Shown: one piece after another, positions 50,139 to 59,488 of the stretch
Numbering within the stretch: position 1 is the first letter of the stretch
Layout: each line of letters opens with the position of its first letter
NCBI GenBank assembly: GCA_029559475.1
Contig: JAKQBN010000055.1
Coordinates: 7,089-71,088 of the forward strand
Direction of reading: 5' to 3'
Source of the DNA: a bacterium
GTDB taxonomy: Bacteria > UBA4055
DNA length: 64,000 bases
Position numbers and translations under genes: made by a program
The notes under the pieces: generated by a model
What the model was told of the DNA's origin: nothing
The model's input: only the letters and a program-made list of their open reading frames with translations
Database searches by the model: none

Positions 50139-51022
50139 GCAGCTACATATTATACAGGAGGTTTATGATGGCGATGAATGAATACATTAGAAAAATGAGA
50201 GAAATGAAAAATATTTCTCAAGAGATCGCCGCAAAAGAACTGGGATATACAAGACAGACATATATACAGATCGAGAGCGGCAGCAGAGATATTACTTTAA
50301 GCGAGTTGAAGAAACTTTCGGCTATGTTTGATATTCCTTTTAATAAATTTGTGACCGAAACAGAACCTGACACATTTAACATAGATTTTGAGGAAAAGGA
50401 AGCGGATATTGAGTCAAAGGAGATAAGGATAAGTGTTCCGCAGAACAGAGTCGGTAAATTCAAGGAGGTTCTGCTTTATATTCTGTCTAAGGCGGGAGCA
50501 AAGCCGAACATTGGTGAGACAGCTATTTATAAACTTTTGTATTTTATTGATTTTGATTATTACGAGAAGTATGAAGAACAGTTGATAGGGGCGAATTATA
50601 TCAAAAATCATTATGGACCGACTCCAGTGATATTTAAAAAACTGACTGAAGAAATGATCGCTGATAATGAGCTTGAAGTGATCGAAAAAACTTATTATGA
50701 ATTCAATCAAAAGAAATATTTACCGAGAAGATGTGCCGATTTAAGTAAAATATCCGCCCGTGAGATTAAGCATATTGACGAGGAACTGGAAAGGCTAAGT
50801 GATAAAAATGCAGCTGAGTTGAGCGAGCTGTCGCATAAAGATGTCCCGTGGATCACAGCGAAGGAAGGTGAAACGATTGAATATGAAGGCGTTTTTTACC
50901 GCACAGGAGATACTTCGGTGAGATATAAAAAATTGAAAGATCGTATGTCCATGGCTGCGGAAGCTTTGTATAACGATTATTGTTCTGATAAAGAGCTCAC
51001 TGCATTTACCGATCTTATTTGA
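50123..51022 (+). CDS. HTH-XRE + Panacea (DUF4065/SocA-like) domain protein; probable start at ATG 50165
   Basis: N-terminal XRE helix-turn-helix ISQEIAAKELGYTRQTYIQIESGSRDITLSELKKLSAMF. The central region, KFKEVLLYILSKAGAKPNIGETAIYKLLYFIDFDYYEKY...NHYGPTP, matches DUF4065/Panacea. Confidence 0.65.
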   Translation: MTCVYCSYILYRRFMMAMNEYIRKMREMKNISQEIAAKELGYTRQTYIQIESGSRDITLSELKKLSAMFDIPFNKFVTETEPDTFNIDFEEKEADIESKEIRISVPQNRVGKFKEVLLYILSKAGAKPNIGETAIYKLLYFIDFDYYEKYEEQLIGANYIKNHYGPTPVIFKKLTEEMIADNELEVIEKTYYEFNQKKYLPRRCADLSKISAREIKHIDEELERLSDKNAAELSELSHKDVPWITAKEGETIEYEGVFYRTGDTSVRYKKLKDRMSMAAEALYNDYCSDKELTAFTDLI

Positions 51023-51080
51023 ATAAGTAGGTTTTGAGAACTCAACTATGCGGAGTGTAGTTAGCTTGAGGGATGGTATT

Positions 51081-51533
51081 TTAATTTTTAAAAGGATTTA
51101 TGATTTTAAGAGTGTTTTCAATCAGTTGATTATGCTGCATATCTTCGCTGTATAAAATTGAACATCCCGACTCCAATGCGGAAGCAATTACTAAGCTGTC
51201 CCAATATGAGAATCCATACCGGTCTTTGATTTCCATAGCCTTAATTACATCAAAAGTGCTTATATCGACTACATTAAAATTAGCTATAGTCTCGATAATG
51301 ATATCATTTACTTTGCCTTTTGTATTGATAGCTTTTTTTACTAGTGCTGAATAAAGCTCATTTAAAATTTGCGTACTTATGATAATATTTTCAAAATTTT
51401 CAGTAATTAACTTATCGGCTATATTTTTTTTTGAGATATCTTCGCTGTAATAAAGGTAAACCCATACATTGGTATCAATAAAAACCTTATCTGTCATATA
51501 ATTCTTCCCGGTTGAACTTATAGCCCTTTTCAA
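51081..51533 (-). CDS. PIN-domain toxin (VapC-like); probable start at the internal MTDKVFIDTNVWV
   Basis: PIN acidic residues in DTNVWV...E...D context; overlaps the upstream antitoxin stop. Confidence 0.75.
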   Translation of the reverse strand: MKRAISSTGKNYMTDKVFIDTNVWVYLYYSEDISKKNIADKLITENFENIIISTQILNELYSALVKKAINTKGKVNDIIIETIANFNVVDISTFDVIKAMEIKDRYGFSYWDSLVIASALESGCSILYSEDMQHNQLIENTLKIINPFKN

Positions 51534-51693
51534 ATTTCATCTGATATCTTTTAACAAAATCAAGAAAACTTTTCTTTTTGTCGTGTTTTTCATCAATAAT
51601 AATGACTTTAATTTTCTGCCCGTCAACCAACCCGAATTCTTCATCTAAAGTCAGGTTATTGTTATTGTATGTGGCGGTAACTACTTTAAACAT
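51487..51693 (-). CDS. small antitoxin partner of the PIN toxin (AF2212/DUF104-like)
   Basis: 68 aa, MFKVVTATYNNNNLTLDEEFGLVDGQKIKVIII pattern; translationally coupled to the PIN gene. Confidence 0.55.
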   Translation of the reverse strand: MFKVVTATYNNNNLTLDEEFGLVDGQKIKVIIIDEKHDKKKSFLDFVKRYQMKFEKGYKFNREELYDR

Positions 51694-51834
51694 AATAATT
51701 TTCTCCTTTTGCTATTCTGGTTCAATTTAGCAAAAAAAAGGATTAATTCCAAATGAAATATCAAAAAAGGCGGTCAGGGATGTTCTGACGCAGATTTTCA
51801 GAAAAACTGTTAATGAACATTGTGATACTCTTCA

Positions 51835-52962
51835 TTAATTCACTTTCTTATACCTGAATACTGCGTATGCGGTTACGACTGTGCTGTAAATGGTCATTAT
51901 TAAAAAGTGTTTTGAGATGTCTGAGAAGCCTGATCCTTTTAGGAGTACCATGCGCATTGCGTCTATGAAGTATGCTATCGGGTTGAACCATGTTATGCGC
52001 TGCGCCCACATCGGCATGCTTTGTATGGGTGTGAAGAGGCCTGACATGAGCAGGAAGATCACTAGTATGAACCATGAGATGAACATAGCCTGCTGCTGGG
52101 TGTCCGCGAAGGTTGAGATCACGAGTCCGACGGATAGGACTGCCACGAGGTAAACGGCTGCGAAAAAGAATATGAGGGTGAGGCTTCCGTTGAAGGGGAT
52201 GTCGAAAATAAGCTTGGCTATGAATAATCCGAATGTGAGTTCGAAGAGCGCGATGATGAAGAAGGGGGTGAGTTTGCCGATTATGAATTCATATTTTTTT
52301 ATCGGGGTGACATTGATCTGCTCGATCGTGCCTATTTCCTTTTCTTTTACCACGCTCATGGAGGAGAGGAACATTCCGATGAAGGTGACGAGGAGTACGA
52401 GTATGCCCGGTACCATGAAAGTGATGTAATCAAGTTCGGGATTATACCAGTGGAGATATGATACCTGCACCGTTGAAGATTGTACAGGCGTGATGACATT
52501 TATTAGGTTCATGCCTTCATCAATATTAAAATCCCTTACGATGCTCTGGGAATATGCCGCTATTATGCCTGCTGCGCCTCCGTCTATGGCGTTGATCAGG
52601 AATTGGACTTCAGCCTTATTTTCTTTGATGAGATCTCTTTCAAAATTCTTCGGGATGACTATTGTGAGTTTTGAACGGTCTTTTAAGATGCCTTCTTCCG
52701 CATCTTTCTGGCTCTGCGGATAGTCGGTTCTGGTAAAATGGGGAGAGGCTTCAAACTTTGAGGCAAGCCTTGTTGAAAGCGGGCTTCTGTCGAGATCGAG
52801 CACTCCGAAATTTACATTTTTTATTTCAAATGTGGTGGCGTTGGCTAAGATCAGAAGCTGGATGATGGGCATAACGAAGATCATCGGGAGCATTGATCTG
52901 TTCCTGAAAACCTGCCTGAATTCTTTCCTCACTATAAAAAAGATCGTTCTCATTCCGGTCAC
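51835..52962 (-). CDS. ABC-2 family transporter permease; its 3' end carries attachment-like repeat R2 (~51836-51893)
   Basis: Six-transmembrane ABC-2 permease, 375 aa. The last 16 codons plus stop are duplicated at 50031-50087. My manual coordinates in this area may be off by 1. Confidence 0.85.
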   Translation of the reverse strand: MTGMRTIFFIVRKEFRQVFRNRSMLPMIFVMPIIQLLILANATTFEIKNVNFGVLDLDRSPLSTRLASKFEASPHFTRTDYPQSQKDAEEGILKDRSKLTIVIPKNFERDLIKENKAEVQFLINAIDGGAAGIIAAYSQSIVRDFNIDEGMNLINVITPVQSSTVQVSYLHWYNPELDYITFMVPGILVLLVTFIGMFLSSMSVVKEKEIGTIEQINVTPIKKYEFIIGKLTPFFIIALFELTFGLFIAKLIFDIPFNGSLTLIFFFAAVYLVAVLSVGLVISTFADTQQQAMFISWFILVIFLLMSGLFTPIQSMPMWAQRITWFNPIAYFIDAMRMVLLKGSGFSDISKHFLIMTIYSTVVTAYAVFRYKKVN

Positions 52963-54110
52963 AGCCTCGTTTTAAATTTTTTTATACTCAGTCCGAGAAG
53001 AAAGACGGTCATGGATATCAGCACGAGAGTTTCTTTGTAAACATACGAAAAACCCGTACCTTTGAGCATTATGTTCTTTATGATTATCACGAACCATTTA
53101 GCCGGAAGTATGTGCGAGATCCACTGAAGCGGCCACGGCATATTTTCGATCGGGAAAATAAATCCCGAAAGAAGCACGGTGGGCATCATAAGACCGACGA
53201 GGGAGATCATCATGGCTACCTGCATTGAACCTGCGACCGTAGAGATAAGAATTCCCAAGGAAAGCGCGGTCGTTATGAACAGGGCGCATTCGGCAATAAG
53301 AAGGATCATACTGCCTCTGACAGGCATACCGAAAACTGTCATTGAGATCCATAATATCAACGTCAGATTGACAAGGGACAGGAGCAGGTACGGAGCGACT
53401 TTGCCGAGTATTATCTGATACGGCTTAAGGGGAGAGGCCAAGAGGACTTCCATCGTGCCGAATTCTTTCTCCCGTGTGATCGTTATGCTCGTCATCATGG
53501 CCGAGATCAGCATGAGAATCGTCGCCATTATACCGGGGACGAACATGAAAACGCTCTTAAGCTCCTCATTATAAAGCATCTTAATCTCTGGCGTAATGAC
53601 AAATGACCTTTCTTTTCCGGCTGAAAGCGATTGAGAAAAATCCAGAATTATTCCGGTCGTATAAGAAAGCGCGAGATTGGCCATATTAGGCTCCGATGCG
53701 TCTGTGATTATCTGAACTTCGGCTCTGCCTTCTTTCTGAAGTTTTTCCGCGAAACCGCTCTCAAAAACTATAACTTCCTTGACAAGCCCTTTTTTGAATG
53801 CCGCGTCTATCTGACTTTCATCCGTCAGATATTCTTTTAAAATAAAATAATCGGACGACAGGATCTTAGAAGTAAGTTTCTGCGTCATTTCATCCTTCGA
53901 TCTATCAAGAATGCCTATGTTGACCGAATTGAGCTCGTTCCTGATGGCGAATCCGAAAAGTATGACCTGAATTACGGGCATTCCGATAAGAATTATCATC
54001 GTTCTGTAATCTCTTATCAGGTGCAGAAATTCCTTATATACAAATCCTTTGAATTTATTCATTTTTACCTCTCGCAAGATGCAGGAACACCTCATACATC
54101 GAACCGACAT
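52959..54110 (-). CDS. ABC-2 family transporter permease (start probably MNKFKGF at ~54062)
   Basis: Paralogous ABC-2 permease; 4-nt overlap with the downstream permease gene. Confidence 0.85.
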   Translation of the reverse strand: MSVRCMRCSCILREVKMNKFKGFVYKEFLHLIRDYRTMIILIGMPVIQVILFGFAIRNELNSVNIGILDRSKDEMTQKLTSKILSSDYFILKEYLTDESQIDAAFKKGLVKEVIVFESGFAEKLQKEGRAEVQIITDASEPNMANLALSYTTGIILDFSQSLSAGKERSFVITPEIKMLYNEELKSVFMFVPGIMATILMLISAMMTSITITREKEFGTMEVLLASPLKPYQIILGKVAPYLLLSLVNLTLILWISMTVFGMPVRGSMILLIAECALFITTALSLGILISTVAGSMQVAMMISLVGLMMPTVLLSGFIFPIENMPWPLQWISHILPAKWFVIIIKNIMLKGTGFSYVYKETLVLISMTVFLLGLSIKKFKTRL

Positions 54111-54789
54111 TATAGCTGCTCTTCAGCTCAGCCGGAGTTCCCATCGCGGCTATTTTCCCGTCGACCATCATGCTTATCCTGCCGCAGTATTCAGCCTCAT
54201 CCATATAATGAGTGGTCACCAGTACGCTGATACCGTCATCCGCCGCTTTATAGATAAGATCCCAGAACTGCCTTCTCGTCACAGGATCGACTCCGCCCGT
54301 AGGTTCATCCAAGAAAACTATCTTGGGGCTGTGAATTACGGCTACCGAAAAAGCCAGTTTCTGCCTCCAGCCGAGGGGAAGCGATCTTATCAGAGAATCC
54401 GCCGATCTTTCAAGCCCGAGCTCGCTGATCAGCAGCTTCGATCTCTCTTTAATTTCTTTCGTGCTCAGCCTGTAAATTCCCGCGTAGAATTCAATATTCT
54501 CCTTAACGGTCAAGTCCTCATAAAGCGAAAATTTCTGGCTCATATAGCCTATATTCAGCTTGATCTTTTCGGTGTCCTTATAAATATCATAACCGCCGAT
54601 AGAAGCTTTACCTGATGTCGGAAGAAGCAGTCCGCAGAGCATCCTGATAGCCGTGGTCTTTCCGGCTCCGTTCGCGCCCAAAAATCCGAATATCTCGCCC
54701 TTTTTCACGCTGAATGAAATCTTGTCGCAGGCTGTGAAGCTTCCGAATTTTTTTGTAAGATCTTCAGTTATTATGATATTTTCGTTCAT
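54055..54789 (-). CDS. ABC transporter ATP-binding protein
   Basis: Walker A GANGAGKTT, ABC signature motif, Walker B VLFLDEPT, H-loop. Confidence 0.9.
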   Translation of the reverse strand: MNENIIITEDLTKKFGSFTACDKISFSVKKGEIFGFLGANGAGKTTAIRMLCGLLLPTSGKASIGGYDIYKDTEKIKLNIGYMSQKFSLYEDLTVKENIEFYAGIYRLSTKEIKERSKLLISELGLERSADSLIRSLPLGWRQKLAFSVAVIHSPKIVFLDEPTGGVDPVTRRQFWDLIYKAADDGISVLVTTHYMDEAEYCGRISMMVDGKIAAMGTPAELKSSYNVGSMYEVFLHLARGKNE

Positions 54790-55703
54790 TTGTTCTCTTC
54801 TTTATTCATCAATTCCATAAAGCAGTCCTCGATAGACGGATGCACAGGGAAAATTTTAATGTCTTTATGATCTCTTGCTTCAAGATAGCTTAAGAGTTTA
54901 TTTCCGTCGGGACAGTTCTTAACATCGGCGTGGATGAATTCACCGAAAATATATGCCGAAGTTATGCCCTCGAACTCTTTCAGATCAAAATTCAATCTGG
55001 ACATATCATTTGATCTTACTGCATAAAGATGTCCTGTGAAAGCCGAAACGATATTCTCAAGAGTGTCAATACGCATTATCCTGCCCCGCTGGATCAGAGC
55101 TATCCTGTCGCAAAGCGCAGCTTCATCCATATACGGCGTTGAAACGAGGATCGTAATTCCTTTCGTTTTCAGTTTCTTCAGCATCTCCCAGAATTCGTGC
55201 CTTGAAACAGGGTCAACTCCTGTCGTAGGCTCGTCCAAAAATAGAACTTTCGGCTGATGGATTAGTGCGCAGCATAAAGCAAGTTTCTGCTTCATACCGC
55301 CTGAAAGTTGACCTGCTCTTCTTTTCCTGAACGGTTCGATCTGAACATAGATATCTCTGATCAGCTCGTAATTATCTTCGACGGTCGTATCGAACACGGT
55401 CGCGAAGAATTTTAAATTCTCTTCGACCGACAGATCCTGATATAATGAAAACCGTCCGGGCATGTAGCCGATAATTTTCCTGATAGCTTTATAATCCTTT
55501 TCGACATCAAAGCCTTCGACAGTCGCGCTTCCGCTGTCTTTTAATAAAAGCGTAGTCAGTATCCTAAAAAGCGTGGTTTTGCCTGCGCCGTCAGGACCGA
55601 TAAGCCCGAAGATCTCGCCTTTATTCACATTAAGGCTGATGTCTTTCAATGCCTGAACTTTCTGATATGATTTATCTATATTTTTAACTTCGATAGAATA
55701 CAT
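54786..55703 (-). CDS. ABC transporter ATP-binding protein
   Basis: Walker A GPDGAGKTT, LSGGMKQKLAL, VLFLDEPTTGVD. Confidence 0.9.
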   Translation of the reverse strand: MYSIEVKNIDKSYQKVQALKDISLNVNKGEIFGLIGPDGAGKTTLFRILTTLLLKDSGSATVEGFDVEKDYKAIRKIIGYMPGRFSLYQDLSVEENLKFFATVFDTTVEDNYELIRDIYVQIEPFRKRRAGQLSGGMKQKLALCCALIHQPKVLFLDEPTTGVDPVSRHEFWEMLKKLKTKGITILVSTPYMDEAALCDRIALIQRGRIMRIDTLENIVSAFTGHLYAVRSNDMSRLNFDLKEFEGITSAYIFGEFIHADVKNCPDGNKLLSYLEARDHKDIKIFPVHPSIEDCFMELMNKEENK

Positions 55704-55705
55704 CT

Positions 55706-56623
55706 TTAATCCTCAAAAGGATGGATCTTGTTAAAGTCCGGCCGGTAATTATTGTGACTGTCAAACTCCTGAACCCAGCCGTTATCAAGTCCGAGCCTGT
55801 TCATTTCTTCGGTAACGCGCAGATAATCAGCTTCTTTGATCTTATGATTGAGCGCTTCACGGTCGAATTTCTTAGGAGCCCAGTACTGGGACATAAGCGA
55901 AATATTTATCTTAGGCGATATTTCTTCCGCGATCGTTTTTAGAACCGCGAGGCTGTTTTCAACCTCTCCGGGCAGGATCAGGTGCCTGATGATTAGACCG
56001 CTCTCAGCGTATCCTGAATCGTTAGTGATCAGCAATGAGCCTTTCTGACGATACATTTCCTTTATAGCTTTATAAGCAATTTCAGGATAGTCAGGCGCAT
56101 CTGAAAGTTCTTTTGAAAGAACGGGATCGCTGTACTTGAAGTCAGGCAGATAGACATCAACGATGCTTTCGAGCTCCTTCAAAGTCTCAACTCTATCGTA
56201 CCCGTTTGAATTATATACTATGGTCGGCTTGTAAGATCTTTTATGAAGCTCTTCAATGATAGAGAGCATCTGCGGGATCTGATGCGACGGAGAAACAAAA
56301 CCCAGCACCTGAATGCCTTTATCGAGGATATCTATGATTTTATTTACGGCTGCTTCAAGCGTCATTTCATACCTGTCAGCTGCGAATTTATTATCGCTGA
56401 TCTGATAATTCTGGCAGTAAACGCACTGAAGATTACAGTGCGCAAAGAACACATTGCAGATCCCGTGCGGGCCGCTTACCGGAGGCTCTTCACCCTTATG
56501 AATGCAAATCGAGGAGATATATATCTTATCATCGAGCCCGCACCAGCCCTTTTCTCCCTTTGTGCGGTCAATTCCGCAATTCCTCGGACACAATGTGCAG
56601 TGTTTTAATCTATCTGACAACAT
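55706..56623 (-). CDS. radical SAM protein, PflA-like activase family (possibly AmmeMemoRadiSam-type radical SAM enzyme)
   Basis: Radical SAM cluster motif CNLQCVYC, plus N-terminal CTLCPRNCGIDRTKGEKGWCG Cys motif; 305 aa; embedded in the efflux operon with 3-nt and overlapping junctions. Confidence 0.7.
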   Translation of the reverse strand: MLSDRLKHCTLCPRNCGIDRTKGEKGWCGLDDKIYISSICIHKGEEPPVSGPHGICNVFFAHCNLQCVYCQNYQISDNKFAADRYEMTLEAAVNKIIDILDKGIQVLGFVSPSHQIPQMLSIIEELHKRSYKPTIVYNSNGYDRVETLKELESIVDVYLPDFKYSDPVLSKELSDAPDYPEIAYKAIKEMYRQKGSLLITNDSGYAESGLIIRHLILPGEVENSLAVLKTIAEEISPKINISLMSQYWAPKKFDREALNHKIKEADYLRVTEEMNRLGLDNGWVQEFDSHNNYRPDFNKIHPFED

Positions 56624-57509
56624 TAAAATTCGCCTCGCCGGGCATACCGATTTTCAGGCTGCCGTCGTTTTTAACTTTTATCTTCACGGCGTAAACCAGA
56701 TTCACTCTTTCAGCCTTGGTCTGAATGATCTTCGGCGTGAATTCAGCCTTATCGGATATCCAGGTGACCGTACCTTCATGCTTCTTCATTTCGCCTGACT
56801 GAGTATCCGTCAGAACTTCCGCTTTACCGTTCAGCTTTAAGGAAGATATCTGATCGCCGGAAACATATACTTTCAGATAGATATCCGACAATCCGGCGAT
56901 TTTATACAGCGGCTTGCCAAAAGCGGTGATCTCGCCGGCATTCGCGTACTTCGTCAGAACGGTTCCGCCGATCGGATTGACCACATAGCATTTCCGGATC
57001 TGATCATTGATCTGATCGATCTGAATATCTATTGATTTCAGCTCGTCGCCGATGGAAGTTCCCTGCGTGGAAATGCTCTGCATCTGCCTGTCGAACACCT
57101 TGATCTGGGCTGAAATATCATCAAGCTGTTTCTGCGTGGCGGCGTCATCCTTTAAAAGCTTTTCAAATCTGTCGAGTTCGCGCACTGCATTAGCTTTCTG
57201 CTCTTTCACGACTTCGATCTGCGCATAAATATTTTTATTTCGAGCTCTGACTATATCCTTTTGCGTCACAAGCTGCGCTTTTTTCAGGCTCAGCTGAATT
57301 GTATCAATTACAGCCGTGATCTCATTTGCAGCCGCTTCATCGCCTTCGCTGATATTAAAAAATCCTATCATTCCGTTAGCCTGCGATGAAACTATGATCT
57401 CATCAGCCTCAAAATTACCGTAGGCGTCGCTTTTCTGCTCATTCGCCGTGCATGAAGCGAGGATAAAAGTAATTGATATTATCAGAGCGTATAAAATTCT
57501 GTTCTTCAT
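56610..57509 (-). CDS. HlyD-family periplasmic adaptor (membrane fusion protein) lipoprotein
   Basis: Lipobox LASCT, coiled-coil region, beta-barrel and lipoyl-like C-terminus. Confidence 0.85.
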   Translation of the reverse strand: MKNRILYALIISITFILASCTANEQKSDAYGNFEADEIIVSSQANGMIGFFNISEGDEAAANEITAVIDTIQLSLKKAQLVTQKDIVRARNKNIYAQIEVVKEQKANAVRELDRFEKLLKDDAATQKQLDDISAQIKVFDRQMQSISTQGTSIGDELKSIDIQIDQINDQIRKCYVVNPIGGTVLTKYANAGEITAFGKPLYKIAGLSDIYLKVYVSGDQISSLKLNGKAEVLTDTQSGEMKKHEGTVTWISDKAEFTPKIIQTKAERVNLVYAVKIKVKNDGSLKIGMPGEANFNVVR

Positions 57510-57512
57510 GAT

Positions 57513-58787
57513 CTATTCCTGATTGTTTAATAAATTGTTGTAATTGACCTTAGCCTGAACAAGCATAATTTCGTGCGATCTCAAAGACTGCCTCGATAGG
57601 TTCAGTGCGCTTGAATATCCGATATAATCGTTCACGGTTATCGTACCGTGCGCAAGCTGTTTATCCGCAGTCTCAAGAATACTTTCTCTGATGGTGATTA
57701 TCTCTTTATCTTTTTCCAGCAGGCTTTTATAATTCTCAATATCTGCTAATGTCTTATTAAGCTGGATGTCGAGCGTTTTATTGAAAGCTTCCTTCTGCTT
57801 TTCGATGATATGTTTCGTATTTGTAAGAATGTCTTTCTCGCGTGAATTCGTATAAAGACCCGAAATGTCATATTCAGCCCTGACACCCACTATACCGTAG
57901 GTATCGAATTCATTGCTGAACATATTCAGCCCGGGTTTTGAATAACCCGTCTGCGCGAATCCGTAAAGCTTTGGCATCAGCTTTGATTCAACCGTCCTTA
58001 TCGTGTTATCGAGCTTCAGTCTTTCATTCTTGAAAGATTCAAGCTCGAGCCGTTTTGAATTCTTAGAAACTTCAGCCGCTTCCGGAATGACAAATTCCGT
58101 ATCAGAGCTTATTTCTCTGCTCATCAGATCAGAGAGCATATCAATGTTCGCTTTCTTAAGAACATCTGTCTCTGATACCTGCTGTTCAAGGTTAAGGATC
58201 TCCGCTTTCAGGATCAGTGAGCTTGTCTGAAGCATCACGCCGTTCTTCACTCCGGATTCAACCGTTCTCATCTTGGAACTAAGATCATTCAGGCTGATCT
58301 CAAGCGCTGCTTTTTTCTCCTGAAGGAGAAGGACGGCGAAATATAGACTGTTTACTGTCTCATTTAATTTATAAAGTTCAGACTCAACTTTAAGGCTGTC
58401 GCCGAGATAGATCGTTTTTTCAGTATTTATCTGACTTTTCACTAACCCGCCGTCCCAGATAAGCTGTTTTACATCAAGCTGGAACTGATATCTGTCTTTA
58501 TCCGGAGATTCAGGCGATTCGATCGTGAAAAGGGGAGAGGAAGGGAATTTGATCGGGAATTCAGTCACATCGCTCTGATAAGTTGCCTGAGCTGACAGCG
58601 TCAACTTAGGATAATAGTTCGTGAAGAGGTTTTTACTCTTCATCCTGAACGAACTCTTCAGATATTCCTTATTCTGATATGTCGGAAAGTTCTTTCTGAC
58701 CTCTGATCTGCATTCCTCAAGCGTAAGCTTCGTCTGCGCGAACAAAGCAGAAACAGCGAGAAGGAAAATTAATAATTTCATCTTCAT
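57513..58787 (-). CDS. TolC-family outer-membrane efflux protein
   Basis: Signal peptide, two tandem repeats of the coiled-coil/beta-strand OEP architecture; 424 aa. Confidence 0.8.
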   Translation of the reverse strand: MKMKLLIFLLAVSALFAQTKLTLEECRSEVRKNFPTYQNKEYLKSSFRMKSKNLFTNYYPKLTLSAQATYQSDVTEFPIKFPSSPLFTIESPESPDKDRYQFQLDVKQLIWDGGLVKSQINTEKTIYLGDSLKVESELYKLNETVNSLYFAVLLLQEKKAALEISLNDLSSKMRTVESGVKNGVMLQTSSLILKAEILNLEQQVSETDVLKKANIDMLSDLMSREISSDTEFVIPEAAEVSKNSKRLELESFKNERLKLDNTIRTVESKLMPKLYGFAQTGYSKPGLNMFSNEFDTYGIVGVRAEYDISGLYTNSREKDILTNTKHIIEKQKEAFNKTLDIQLNKTLADIENYKSLLEKDKEIITIRESILETADKQLAHGTITVNDYIGYSSALNLSRQSLRSHEIMLVQAKVNYNNLLNNQE

Positions 58788-59488
58788 TTTATCACTATCG
58801 AGTTAATTATTGTTTCGGTCACTATCTTTTTTCTGTCCTGAATGAATTTATTGAATTCGGCTTCATCCATCCTGAATAAGCCCTTAACCAGAGGTTTGGC
58901 GGCAAAAGGAAAAACATTCATTGAAATGAGGTTTATCATTACCTGCCTCAGGTCAACATCCTTCAGCCTGCCTGCTTTTTTCTCTTTTTCGATCTGGGCA
59001 AGGATCTTTTTAAGCCTGTCATCCTTTTCATATAACTTAGAAAAAATATTCACGAACATCTCGGGACGCCTGTTCACTTCATTTACGATAAAAAGGGGCA
59101 GATGCCTGTTCTTGCTCAAAAAATCCGCGTGCTTATCAACGAATACGGTGATTTTGTCCTCAAGGCTCATGTCCGCATTAAATAGGAAATCCATTTCTTT
59201 CGCAAGCCTGTTGAAAGCCATCGCGAAAATCATCTCGAACAGCTTATCCTTCGAGCGGAAATAATAATGTAAAAGAGCCTTGTTGATCCCTGCTTTATCG
59301 GCGATCTCCTGCATCTTGGCGCCGTCATAACCTTTCTTCTCGAAGATCTCATTTGCGGCAGTGATTATTTTCTCTTCGGTATTCTCATTTTTATCTTCAG
59401 CCATTTTAAAATCCATTTTGTTAACTTTATGATTTAACTGTTTGGTTATACCGAATGGTAAGATAACACAATGAAAAGGTTTTGTCAA
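58784..59488 (-). CDS. TetR/AcrR-family transcriptional regulator (start probably MAEDKN at ~59408)
   Basis: TetR HTH EKIITAANEIFEKKGYDGAKMQEIADKAGINKALLHYYFRSKDKLF. Confidence 0.8.
   Translation of the reverse strand: MTKPFHCVILPFGITKQLNHKVNKMDFKMAEDKNENTEEKIITAANEIFEKKGYDGAKMQEIADKAGINKALLHYYFRSKDKLFEMIFAMAFNRLAKEMDFLFNADMSLEDKITVFVDKHADFLSKNRHLPLFIVNEVNRRPEMFVNIFSKLYEKDDRLKKILAQIEKEKKAGRLKDVDLRQVMINLISMNVFPFAAKPLVKGLFRMDEAEFNKFIQDRKKIVTETIINSIVIK

Noticed and set aside
50123-50164. TTG start at 50123 given by the ORF track for the XRE/Panacea gene
   Set aside because: It sits inside the TTGACA…TATATT promoter. An AGGAGG Shine-Dalgarno plus ATGATG at ~50165 is a far better start.
35540-51900. 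Integron interpretation of the cassette array
   Set aside because: There is no intI-like integrase and no attC-type imperfect inverted repeats. The boundary motifs look like degenerate copies of a gene 3' end, which fits tandem att-site integration rather than an integron.
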